Source: Acidobacteriota bacterium
GTDB taxonomy: Bacteria; Acidobacteriota; Polarisedimenticolia; Gp22-AA2
Assembly (NCBI GenBank): GCA_018606725.1
Contig: JAGYID010000029.1
Location: 1-62,525, forward strand
Length of the DNA stretch: 62,525 nt
Reading direction: 5' to 3'
In this document: positions 27,901 to 35,681 of the stretch, piece after piece
How positions within the stretch are numbered: the first letter of the stretch is position 1
Layout: each line of letters begins with the position of its first letter
The notes under the pieces: generated by a model
What the model was told of the DNA's origin: nothing
Database searches by the model: none
What the model saw: only the letters and a program-made list of their open reading frames with translations
Made by a program: the position numbers and the translations under genes

Positions 27901-27984
27901 ACGCCGCAGGACCGCTTCCGGATCGACGACCCGTACCACAAGAAGGGCATGATCAGCACCTTCTACATCGCCACCGATTTCTGA
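24925..27984 (+). CDS. Omp85/BamA-TamA family protein with an N-terminal zincin metallopeptidase and a PD40/WD40-like propeller
   Basis: GHELTH...WVMEGLA (HExxH plus E), repeated P(A/T)WSPDG, LRGYD in the barrel L6-loop, EFRFP and a terminal Phe. Confidence 0.88.
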   Translation: MRSRPIRHRSRRIAPAAVLLAALAALCAPAPAFAFGKNKIVYEKFDWKYYKAPHFDVYYYPEEAALLQQMVSNAESQYARLSQILDHEIKFRIPLIYYKTHVEFEQTNILLEFIPEFVGAFADPIEHRMVIPADQPPDKLYTLIGHELTHVFEFSILFQESLSRAFRSTVPQWVMEGLASHLGKDEDSLDRMIIRDAVVNGLIPPMHRVQNINFLIYRFGQAAFDFIEQSYGVEGVRNFLWEFRKSLLANNISKPIRDAFGIEPDEFDRQFKKYLQRRYLPALLDKKEAEDYGKEITARDKRDVDLDREWVTFSPALSPSGELIAAMTSRYQDLDVVLISAKDGKIFRNLTKGFTNKYEYPVYGAFSGKKDLTWSPEGDRVAFFGRRENERALLIYDALHGDLDKMISIPEVDDELSPAWSPDGSKIAFEGNSAGQVDIFTIDLETRKVANLTQDEFYDANPAWSADGAQILYNRRINSSAKVFLLDVDDPSRKVQLTFGDSLDLQPAFARDGKTVYYASDADGGIFNLYDLSLENGEIRRFTDVVGGVFTPFELPGEGGKPSIAFTYYGRGLFRLFRMTPGQPESIVRPEDQAKEPAELVPFQAPLQLTLDDKNHKNYDKLTFHIESSPSVLVGVADDGTILSNASIALSDLLGDHRMFFNFQSVSTYSNFSFDYLNLKRRWQWNTYALDFRDYYVTLSGNSLQTRQANRYTSAGVGIAYPINRYYRIGTGIGYLNQTTDRPVDAFTFENFSTSGAVLNWSLSGDTTRYKEFGPYHGQRYELRQIWVPMVRSSGFASDYSGTHFDTLLDYRMYRRTTSRSLFALRAVARTSTGDGYSIYSFGGLNTLRGYDYREFFGSSVSFVNLEFRFPLVDALAFPIGIIRDIRGFLFFDVGAAWFGGDNFYHPRLGFAIAPVSNGQVLPGFCFNCGPGEQAITRTFDFWDSKNNKLGDGRAAYGFGFNFYFGPFMLTWSYAHQFENTLEVCDISTPDCTPQDRFRIDDPYHKKGMISTFYIATDF

Positions 27985-28028
27985 GGGCGGGGCGCTGCGG
28001 GTGCCCCGTCCTGCTCCCGGACGGGTTC

Positions 28029-28937
28029 CTAGAACGTCCCGGCCCGGCGCAGCGACAGGGCGGCGGCGACCAGGCCGAGCAAAGCACCAGCCGCGGCCAG
28101 GGCGGCGAGGTGCGGCGCCGGCGGCAGCCGGCCGACGACGATCGACAGGAACGGGTTGGCACGGTAGAACTCGGAGCGCACCACCAGCCGGAAGGTCAGC
28201 AGCAGAGCCCCGGCCGCCAGCGCCCCGCCGAGGAGCCCCTGCACCGCGGCGGCGAGCAGGAACGGCGCCCGGATGAAGGCGGCGGTGGCGCCGACCAGCT
28301 TCATGATCTCGATCTCCTCGCGCCGCGCCAGGACGGTCAACCGGACGGTCGCGCCGACGCTCACCAGCGCCGCCAGCGCCAGGAGCGCTCCGACCGCGAA
28401 GCCGCCCCGCTCGACCAGCGCCACGATGCCGCTCAGCCGCTGCAGCCAGCCGAGATCGAAGCGGATGTCGGCGACGCCGGGCGCCTTGCGGTACGACTTG
28501 ACCAGCAGGTCGATCGCCTCGACGGTGCGGTAGGCCGGGCGCAGGGTGACGTCGATCGACGCCGGGAACGGCGCGCCGCCGATCTGGCGCGCCAGGTCGC
28601 GCAGCGCCGGAAAGGTGGCCTCGAACCGCTGGCGCGCCTGATCGCGGGACACGGTGGCCACCCCCTCGACGGCCGGGTCGCTGAGGACCTCGTTCTTCAG
28701 ACGCTCGACCGTCTCCGCGGTGGCGTCATCCGCCAGGTAGATCTGCACCTGAAGATCGCTGCCGAGGGCCCGGACGAAGCGCTCCAGATTGAAGCGCACC
28801 AGCAGGAACAACCCGCCGATGTACAGCGCGATGCCGATCGCCACCGCCGCCAAGAGACTGAGCGAAGCGTTGCGATGCAGCCCTTCCCAGGCCTCCCGCG
28901 CGCACTGCCGCAGGGCGCGCAGGGGGGTGCGCATCAT
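28029..28937 (-). CDS. ftsX: Cell-division permease FtsX
   Basis: RREEIEIMKLVGATAAFIRAPF, four TM segments, adjacent to ftsE. Confidence 0.92.
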   Translation of the reverse strand: MMRTPLRALRQCAREAWEGLHRNASLSLLAAVAIGIALYIGGLFLLVRFNLERFVRALGSDLQVQIYLADDATAETVERLKNEVLSDPAVEGVATVSRDQARQRFEATFPALRDLARQIGGAPFPASIDVTLRPAYRTVEAIDLLVKSYRKAPGVADIRFDLGWLQRLSGIVALVERGGFAVGALLALAALVSVGATVRLTVLARREEIEIMKLVGATAAFIRAPFLLAAAVQGLLGGALAAGALLLTFRLVVRSEFYRANPFLSIVVGRLPPAPHLAALAAAGALLGLVAAALSLRRAGTF

Positions 28938-29629
28938 GCGCGGCCGCCGGCGGGCAGCTCCGCCATGGTGTCGCCGCCGGCGACCAGCATGCCGTTCTCG
29001 AGCGCGATGACGCGCCGCTGCATGCGGCGGATCATCTCGCGGTCGTGCGTGGCGATGAGGACGGTCGTGCCGTGCGAGTTGATCTGCTTGAACAGCGTCA
29101 TGATCTCGAGCGCCAGGTCGGGGTCGAGATTGCCGGTCGGCTCGTCGGCCAGCAGGATCAGCGGCCGGTTGACCAGCGCCCTGGCGATCGCCACCCGCTG
29201 CTGTTCGCCACCGGAGAGCTGCTCGGGGTAGTTGTGCAGGCGGTGGTTCAACCCCAGCATCTCGATCACCTGGTAGGTCCGCGCCCGCTGCTCGCGGGGC
29301 GGCATGCCGATCACCTGGGTGGCGTAGGCGACGTTCTCGAACACCGTCTTGCGCGGCAGCAGCTTGAAGTCCTGGAACACCACGCCGATCTGGCGGCGCA
29401 GGCCCGGGACCCGGCGGCGCGGCATGGTGGCGATGTTCTCGTTGCGCACCAGCACCTGCCCGGCGCTCGGGATCTCGTCGCGGAACAGCAGGCGCAAGAG
29501 CGTCGTCTTGCCGGCGCCGCTCGGCCCGGTGAGGAAGACGAACTCCCCCTTCTCGATGTGCAGGCTGACGTCCGACAGCGCCGGCGTCGCGGCGGCGTAT
29601 TTCTTGGTGACGTGGAAGAGCTGGATCAA
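28934..29629 (-). CDS. ftsE: Cell-division ATP-binding protein FtsE
   Basis: GPSGAGKT, VFQDFKLL, LSGGEQQR and ADEPTGNLD. Confidence 0.96.
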   Translation of the reverse strand: MIQLFHVTKKYAAATPALSDVSLHIEKGEFVFLTGPSGAGKTTLLRLLFRDEIPSAGQVLVRNENIATMPRRRVPGLRRQIGVVFQDFKLLPRKTVFENVAYATQVIGMPPREQRARTYQVIEMLGLNHRLHNYPEQLSGGEQQRVAIARALVNRPLILLADEPTGNLDPDLALEIMTLFKQINSHGTTVLIATHDREMIRRMQRRVIALENGMLVAGGDTMAELPAGGRA

Positions 29630-30978
29630 CGGTCGAGCCGCTCTTTGAGGAGCCGGTTGACCAGCGCCGGGTTGGCCTTGCCGCCGGTCGCCTTCAGGAC
29701 CTGGCCGACGAAGTAACCGAGCAGCGTCGTCTTGCCGGCCTTGTACTGGGCGAGCTGCCCCGGGCTGGCGGCGACGACCTTCTCGATCGCCTCCTCGAGC
29801 GCCCCCTCGTCGCTGACCTGCGCCAGCCCGCTGGAGCGGATGACCTCGTCGGGGTCCTGGCCGGTGCGCAGGATGGTCTCGAGCACCTCCTTGCCGGTGC
29901 TGCCGGAGACGGTGCCGTCCTTGACGCGCGCGATCAACCCGCCAAGGCGCTCTGGCGGCAGCTTGCTCTTCAGGACCACGATGTCGAAGCCCCCCTCCTT
30001 CATGCGGGCGAGGACTTCGCCGCTGATCCAGTTGGCGGCGGCCTTGTGATCACCGGCCGCTGTCGCAGTCGCCTCGAAATAATCCGCCATAGGCTGACTC
30101 GAGGTCAGGGTGGTCGCGACCTGCGCGAGCAGCCCGTATGCCGTGATGTATTCCTCGCGCCGCTGCGACAAGAGCTTGGCCGGCAGGCTCTTCCGGACCT
30201 CCTCGATCCACTCCTTTTCGACCAACAACGGCAGCAGATCCGGCTCGGGGAAATAGCGGTAGTCGTGCGCTTCCTCCTTCGAGCGCATCGTATACGTCTT
30301 GTCCTCCTCGGAGTCGTACAGGCGGGTCTCCTGCGCGACCCTTTGTCCGGCGTCGAGCAGTTGAGTCTGCCGGCGGATCTCGTACTCCAGCGCCTTCTGC
30401 ACGAACCGGAACGAGTTGAGGTTCTTCAGCTCGGCCTTGGTCCCGAAGGCCGCCTGCCCCTTCGGGCGCAGCGACACGTTGGCATCGCAGCGCAGCGAGC
30501 CCTCCTCCATGTTGCCGTCCGTGACGCCGATGTCCACCAGGAGATTGCGCAGCGCGGAGTAATAGGCGTGCGCCTCCTCCGGCGAGCGCAGGTCGCCGGC
30601 GTCCTCCTCCATGTGGATGCGGGTGATGCCGATGCGCCGCCTGGCGCCGCCGGCCTCGATGTCGAGGTGCCCGCCGACCGCCAGCGGCTGGTCGTACATG
30701 GAGATCTGGTACCCCTTCGGCAGGTCGGGGTAGAAGTAGTTCTTGCGCGCGAAGATCGAGCGCGGCCGGATGTCGCAGTCGAGCGTCAGCGCGGCACGGA
30801 TGGCGTAGTCGACCGCCGTCCGGTTGAGCACCGGCAGCGAGCCCGGCATGCCGAGGCAGATCGGGCAGACGTTGGTATTGGGCGGATCGCCGAAGCGGGT
30901 CCGGCAGCCGCAGAAGATCTTCGATGCGGTCAGGAGCTGACAGTGGACTTCCAGGCCGATGATCGTTTCGTAGGTCAT
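29626..30978 (-). CDS. gatB: Asp/Glu-tRNA amidotransferase subunit B with an apparent internal in-frame deletion
   Basis: GLEVH, RKNYFYPDLPKGYQ, EGSLRCDANVS, KNLNS, DYRYFPEPDL and a YqeY tail. HMEEDAG is joined directly to DLRSPEE. Confidence 0.93.
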   Translation of the reverse strand: MTYETIIGLEVHCQLLTASKIFCGCRTRFGDPPNTNVCPICLGMPGSLPVLNRTAVDYAIRAALTLDCDIRPRSIFARKNYFYPDLPKGYQISMYDQPLAVGGHLDIEAGGARRRIGITRIHMEEDAGDLRSPEEAHAYYSALRNLLVDIGVTDGNMEEGSLRCDANVSLRPKGQAAFGTKAELKNLNSFRFVQKALEYEIRRQTQLLDAGQRVAQETRLYDSEEDKTYTMRSKEEAHDYRYFPEPDLLPLLVEKEWIEEVRKSLPAKLLSQRREEYITAYGLLAQVATTLTSSQPMADYFEATATAAGDHKAAANWISGEVLARMKEGGFDIVVLKSKLPPERLGGLIARVKDGTVSGSTGKEVLETILRTGQDPDEVIRSSGLAQVSDEGALEEAIEKVVAASPGQLAQYKAGKTTLLGYFVGQVLKATGGKANPALVNRLLKERLDR

Positions 30979-31031
30979 GGGGTGCGCCGGCGGGGATTAT
31001 ACTGCGTGGCCTCGTGGCAAGGAGATCATCC

Positions 31032-33419
31032 ATGTCGCCTGCGTCGGTCCGGAGACTGGGGATTGTCATGCTCGCCATCGCGCTGGCGCCGGCTGTGGCC
31101 GTCCGCTCCCCGGCGCAATCGCCGACGGCGCCCGCCCCCGCTGCCGCCGGCGGTATCGACTTCGGCGCCCAGCGCGAGGCGATCTTCGACGCCTTCTACA
31201 AGACCGGCCTCGATACCTCCAAGGCGTATACGGTCAAGGACCTGGCGATCAAGAAGGACAACGTGACCCTGCTGCTGAAGCAGGGGACGGTGTTCCTGCT
31301 ACGGCCGATCGCCGGCGAGGTCACCGGCGCCGTCTTCCTCGGCGACGGCGAGGCGCAGATGATCCCCCCGAACCGCACCCAGCGCTACATGCTGAAGAAG
31401 GCGTCGGGCGCGGAGATCCTTCAAGAGCAGTTTACCGAGGCGGCTTTGCGGTTCTGCGACGGCACGCACCGCGTGATCATCGGCGCCGGGTCGCCTGATC
31501 CGGGCGGCGTCGACAAGGCGGAACGGGCTTCGAAGGTCCTCGAGGAGCGCAACGCCTGGCTGAACGGCGATCGCGACCTGCAGCTCGAGATGCAGCTGCT
31601 GGAGGCCAGGATTTCGGGTCTCAAGGGTCAGGACTTCTTCGTCGCCGACCTGCACACGCTCCGGCACGACTGGCTGCTCTATCTCTACAATCCGCAGACC
31701 ATCCACGAGAACACCCTGATGACGAGCGAGACCGTCGGTGCCAAGGGTCGCCGTTACTTCATCGACTGGGCCCGCTGGCACAAGAGCGGCGACTACGACC
31801 AGGCCGGTCACTACGTCATGCTGCCCGGCCGCGACGGGCCGCGGGTCATGCGGATCGCCAACAACGACATGACGCTGACCCTGGAGAACACCAAGACGCT
31901 GCAGTGGACCTCGACCACCACGACCAATCCGCTCATCGACAATCTCCGGGCCCTGCGCTTCGACCTGGTGAACAACGCCAGCGTCGAGAGCCACTGGTAC
32001 GACGATTCCTTCTACCCGGTGCGCGTGACCTCGGTGGTCTCCGCCGACGGCCAGCCGCTGCCGTTCATGCACAGGAGGGATCAGCTCCTGGTGCTCCTGC
32101 CGCAGCCGGCGAGGCTGGGGGCCCCGGTGAGCATCACCGCGGTCGGGACCGCCGAGGTCATCTACCAGGTCACCCCGGAGTCGTTCGGTCTGCTCGAGGC
32201 CCCGTTCTATCCCCAGTACGGCGAGCGGGGCGGTCGGGCGACCTTCCACTGGACCATCAGGGCGCCGAAGCAGTTCACCATGGCCGGGTCCGGCCGGGTG
32301 GTCAGGGAATTTCTCGACAAGGACAGGGGACAGAACGTCATCGAGCTGCAGAGCGACATCCCGGTCAACTTCCCATGGGCGCTGTTCGGACAGCTGTACA
32401 AGTCGGACGGCTCCTACACGAGCGAGAGCACCGGCAAGACGGTCCATCTCACCATTCACACGACGACGATCGGCGGCTCCGGGACGCCCATGAAGAAGGT
32501 GCAGGGCTTCTTCGAGCAGACGCAGCAGATCCTCAAGACCTTCGAGACCGTGTACGGCCCCTACCCCTACGACGAGCTGCACATCGCCCAGATGGGTCCG
32601 GGGCTCGGTTTCGGCCAGGGACCGCCCTATTTCGTGCAACTGACCGGCGAGGCCTTCAGCGACGTGTCGAGTCTCGGCAGCGGCTCGGTCCACGGCTTCC
32701 TGTCGCACGAGATCGCCCACCAGTGGTGGGGCAACCAGGTCGGCTGGGCGTCCGAAGACGACGACTGGCTGAGCGAGGGATTCGCCGAGTACGCCGCGGG
32801 AACCTACATCCAGGGACTCCAGAAGCAGGCCGGTCTGCAGCGCACGCTCGACGACTGGCGCCTGGAGGCCAAGAACGCCGACAAGGAGGCGCCGATCGCC
32901 GCGGCCAGCATGCTCAACGGCCCGAATGCCGCGATGTACCGCACCGGTCTGCTGTACAACAAGGCGCCGTATGTCCTGCACATGCTGCGCGTGCAGCTCG
33001 GTGACGAGACGTATCTCAAGGCCATGCGCGCCATCCAGGAGACCTGCAGGAACCAGGACGTATCGACGGAGATGATCCTGCGCGAGATCAATCGCGCCGC
33101 CGGCGCGGATTACAGCTCGTTCTTCGACCAGTGGATCTGGGGCGTCGGCATCCCGACCTTCCGCTATTCGTGGCGCTCCGAGAAGCAGCCCGACGGCAAG
33201 TTCCTGATCACCGTGCACATCGGCCAGGACGACAAGGTCAACTTCAAGAAGGTGCTGATGCCGATCCACCTGCACTCCAAGGACAAGACCATCCCGACGC
33301 AGTTCAGGCCGGTCGTTCAGCCCGAGCAGGACATCAAGCTGCTCTCTCCGATCGACCCCAAGGACGTCACCCTGGACGACGATCGCACCCTGCTGGCTGA
33401 CTTCTTCAAGGCCGGGTGA
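31032..33419 (+). CDS. Exported M1-family (gluzincin) aminopeptidase-like protein
   Basis: Signal peptide, HEIAHQWWG-x-WLSEGFAEY, LYNKAPYVLHMLR and FFDQW. GFGQ replaces GAMEN. Confidence 0.88.
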   Translation: MSPASVRRLGIVMLAIALAPAVAVRSPAQSPTAPAPAAAGGIDFGAQREAIFDAFYKTGLDTSKAYTVKDLAIKKDNVTLLLKQGTVFLLRPIAGEVTGAVFLGDGEAQMIPPNRTQRYMLKKASGAEILQEQFTEAALRFCDGTHRVIIGAGSPDPGGVDKAERASKVLEERNAWLNGDRDLQLEMQLLEARISGLKGQDFFVADLHTLRHDWLLYLYNPQTIHENTLMTSETVGAKGRRYFIDWARWHKSGDYDQAGHYVMLPGRDGPRVMRIANNDMTLTLENTKTLQWTSTTTTNPLIDNLRALRFDLVNNASVESHWYDDSFYPVRVTSVVSADGQPLPFMHRRDQLLVLLPQPARLGAPVSITAVGTAEVIYQVTPESFGLLEAPFYPQYGERGGRATFHWTIRAPKQFTMAGSGRVVREFLDKDRGQNVIELQSDIPVNFPWALFGQLYKSDGSYTSESTGKTVHLTIHTTTIGGSGTPMKKVQGFFEQTQQILKTFETVYGPYPYDELHIAQMGPGLGFGQGPPYFVQLTGEAFSDVSSLGSGSVHGFLSHEIAHQWWGNQVGWASEDDDWLSEGFAEYAAGTYIQGLQKQAGLQRTLDDWRLEAKNADKEAPIAAASMLNGPNAAMYRTGLLYNKAPYVLHMLRVQLGDETYLKAMRAIQETCRNQDVSTEMILREINRAAGADYSSFFDQWIWGVGIPTFRYSWRSEKQPDGKFLITVHIGQDDKVNFKKVLMPIHLHSKDKTIPTQFRPVVQPEQDIKLLSPIDPKDVTLDDDRTLLADFFKAG

Positions 33420-33428
33420 CGCGGCGCC

Positions 33429-34367
33429 GTGGGCTGGGAGTCGACGTCGTTCCAGGTCATCCGCACCCTTCTCGTCGCCGGCGGCCTGTGCGTGGCCGCG
33501 GTGCTGGGGTTGAAGGTGCTCGTCCTGGTCGCCGAGCCGCACATGGCGTTCATGCCGCCTTCGGGCGACGCGGCGGCGCCATCGGACTTCGCCCTGCCGG
33601 CGGAGCCGTTCGAGACCGTCACCGTCGACGGGATGCGGCTGCGCGGCTGGTTGATCCCGGCCAGGGCGCCCGGCGGAGCCGGCGCGCCGCGGATGGGCGC
33701 CGTCGCCTCCAGAGCGCCGCTCACCATCCTGTTCTTCCACGGCAACGCCGAGAACATCAGCCACTGCCTCGAGCTGGGGATGTTGACCCGGTCGGCGGGG
33801 TACAACCTGGCGCTGGTCGACTATCGCGGCTACGGCGGGAACCGGGGGCAGCCGTCCGAGACCGGACTGTATCGCGACGGCGAGGCGGCGCTGCGCGCCG
33901 TGCGCGGCCTGCGCGGCGTCGACCCGGCGCGCGTCGTCGTCTGGGGCCGTTCGATCGGCGCGGCCGTGGCGGTGCACCTGGCCGCCGCGACGCCGGCCGG
34001 CGCCGCGCCCACGGCGACCGGCGATCAGGCGGGCCCCCCGGCCGGGGTCATCCTGGAGTCGCCGTTCACCTCGGTGCAGGATCTGCTGCGGGAAGGCGGT
34101 CACCCGCTGCTGCTGGCGTTGTCGCGGCTCGGCACGTTCCGGTTCGATTCGGCGGCGGCGATCCGACGGGTTCGGTCGCCGCTCCTGATCATCCACGGCA
34201 CCGCGGACGAGATCGCGCCGTTCGCGCTGGGGCAGCGGCTCTACGGCCTGGCGCCGGGACGGAGGGAGCTGGCGGCGATCGCTGGCGGCGGCCACAACGA
34301 TCTGATGGCGCTGCACGCCGCCGAGTTGTGGGCCGCCGCCGACCGCTTCCTGAAATCGCTCGACTGA
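33429..34367 (+). CDS. Membrane-anchored alpha/beta hydrolase (ABHD17/BEM46-like)
   Basis: FHGNAEN, DYRGYG, nucleophile GRSIG, HGTADE and GGGHND. Confidence 0.92.
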   Translation: MGWESTSFQVIRTLLVAGGLCVAAVLGLKVLVLVAEPHMAFMPPSGDAAAPSDFALPAEPFETVTVDGMRLRGWLIPARAPGGAGAPRMGAVASRAPLTILFFHGNAENISHCLELGMLTRSAGYNLALVDYRGYGGNRGQPSETGLYRDGEAALRAVRGLRGVDPARVVVWGRSIGAAVAVHLAAATPAGAAPTATGDQAGPPAGVILESPFTSVQDLLREGGHPLLLALSRLGTFRFDSAAAIRRVRSPLLIIHGTADEIAPFALGQRLYGLAPGRRELAAIAGGGHNDLMALHAAELWAAADRFLKSLD

Positions 34368-34403
34368 GCGAGGCCGGCCGCGCGTGTCTCGCGGAACGGG
34401 ATC

Positions 34404-35582
34404 CTAATCCGGGAACGGCTCGGCGAGGCTGATGGTCGTCTGCGCCCCGCGCGCCTCGAGCTCCTTGAAGAACGCCGCCGCGTCGACCGCCTGTTCCGGC
34501 GCCAGCACGCCGGTCTGCTTGATCTTTCCCTGCGCCAGCCAGCGGGCGACGATTGCCGGCGGCGAGGCGACGAGCACCGTCCCGCCGGAGATGCCCCACG
34601 TCTTGTGGGGCCAGCAGGTGGTCTCGGCCTTCCCGGCCACCGGCTTGCCGTTCTTCGTGCCGCGCACCTCGGTGACGATGTCCTTGAAGCCGAGGCTCTT
34701 CGTGCGCTCGCTCTGCGGCGCCCGCTTCAGGACCTCCAGCAGCACGTCGCGCGGTTTCACCTTGACGCCGCGCACCTCGACCGGGTCGGCGCTGGCGAGC
34801 CCGAGCTCGGCCAGGAACTGCAGCTGCCGCAGCGCCTTCTCGGTGTAGCCGAAGAACGAGATCTTGAAGAAACAGTCCTTGATCCCCTTGGCGGCGTAGG
34901 TCAGCGGCAGGGTGGCGACCTCGGAGTGCAGCGACAGGTGCACCTTGGAGACCCCGATCGGCTGCTGGAAGCGGTACAGCTCCTCCTCGCCGAGCGGGGC
35001 GGTCTCCTGGAACCGCCCCTCGCGGAACACCATCGGCGGCTGGGTGATCTCGTCGAAGATCGTCTGGATCGAGTAGGCCCAGGCGAGCGAGTCCCCCTGA
35101 TCCGGCGTGGCGCCGTTGAAAATGTGAACCGACTCGACCGTGTCGAGGCGGTCGGCGATGGCGCGCGCCTGGACGTTGGCGATCCCCGGACACGAGCCGA
35201 GACCGAGCACCGCCACCAGGCCGGCGCGCTTGTAGTCATCGTGCAGCTCGAGCTGCTTGCGGGTCGTGTGGAACAGGCCGCCGAGGTCGATGTACGGCAC
35301 CTTGGCATCGAGGCAGGCCTTCATGACCGGCAGGTTGAAGTAGTACTGCACCGAGTTGATGACCGACCCGGCGCCGCGCAGCAGCCCGGCCAGCGCCGCG
35401 CCATCGGTCACGTCCGCCTTGACCGCCGTCACGCCGGAGCGGTTCAGCGAGGCGGCGACCTTCTTCGCCCCCTCCAGATCCAGGTCGGCGATGACCAGCT
35501 CCTTGACCTCGCGGTCGTCCGCCAGATCCCGGGCGATCGCCTTGCCGATGATCCCCGCCCCTCCCAGAACAACAATGCGCAC
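34404..35582 (-). CDS. Saccharopine dehydrogenase family oxidoreductase
   Basis: Rossmann GGAGIIG, YIDLGG, GLGSCPGIAN, HSEVATLP and GVLAPE. Promoter TTGACT-18-TAGCAT upstream. Confidence 0.88.
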   Translation of the reverse strand: MRIVVLGGAGIIGKAIARDLADDREVKELVIADLDLEGAKKVAASLNRSGVTAVKADVTDGAALAGLLRGAGSVINSVQYYFNLPVMKACLDAKVPYIDLGGLFHTTRKQLELHDDYKRAGLVAVLGLGSCPGIANVQARAIADRLDTVESVHIFNGATPDQGDSLAWAYSIQTIFDEITQPPMVFREGRFQETAPLGEEELYRFQQPIGVSKVHLSLHSEVATLPLTYAAKGIKDCFFKISFFGYTEKALRQLQFLAELGLASADPVEVRGVKVKPRDVLLEVLKRAPQSERTKSLGFKDIVTEVRGTKNGKPVAGKAETTCWPHKTWGISGGTVLVASPPAIVARWLAQGKIKQTGVLAPEQAVDAAAFFKELEARGAQTTISLAEPFPD

Positions 35583-35681
35583 GGAGAACCCCCTTCCTTC
35601 AGACCTGCGACATGAGAATGATGTCGAGGAGACGGCCGGAATGCTAGCGCGGCGGCGCGTTCCCAGTCAATAATACCGGCC

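Noticed and set aside
23695-27939. 1414-aa minus-strand ORF
   Set aside because: Antisense shadow of three well-supported plus-strand genes. It has no motifs, and such ORFs are expected at this GC content.
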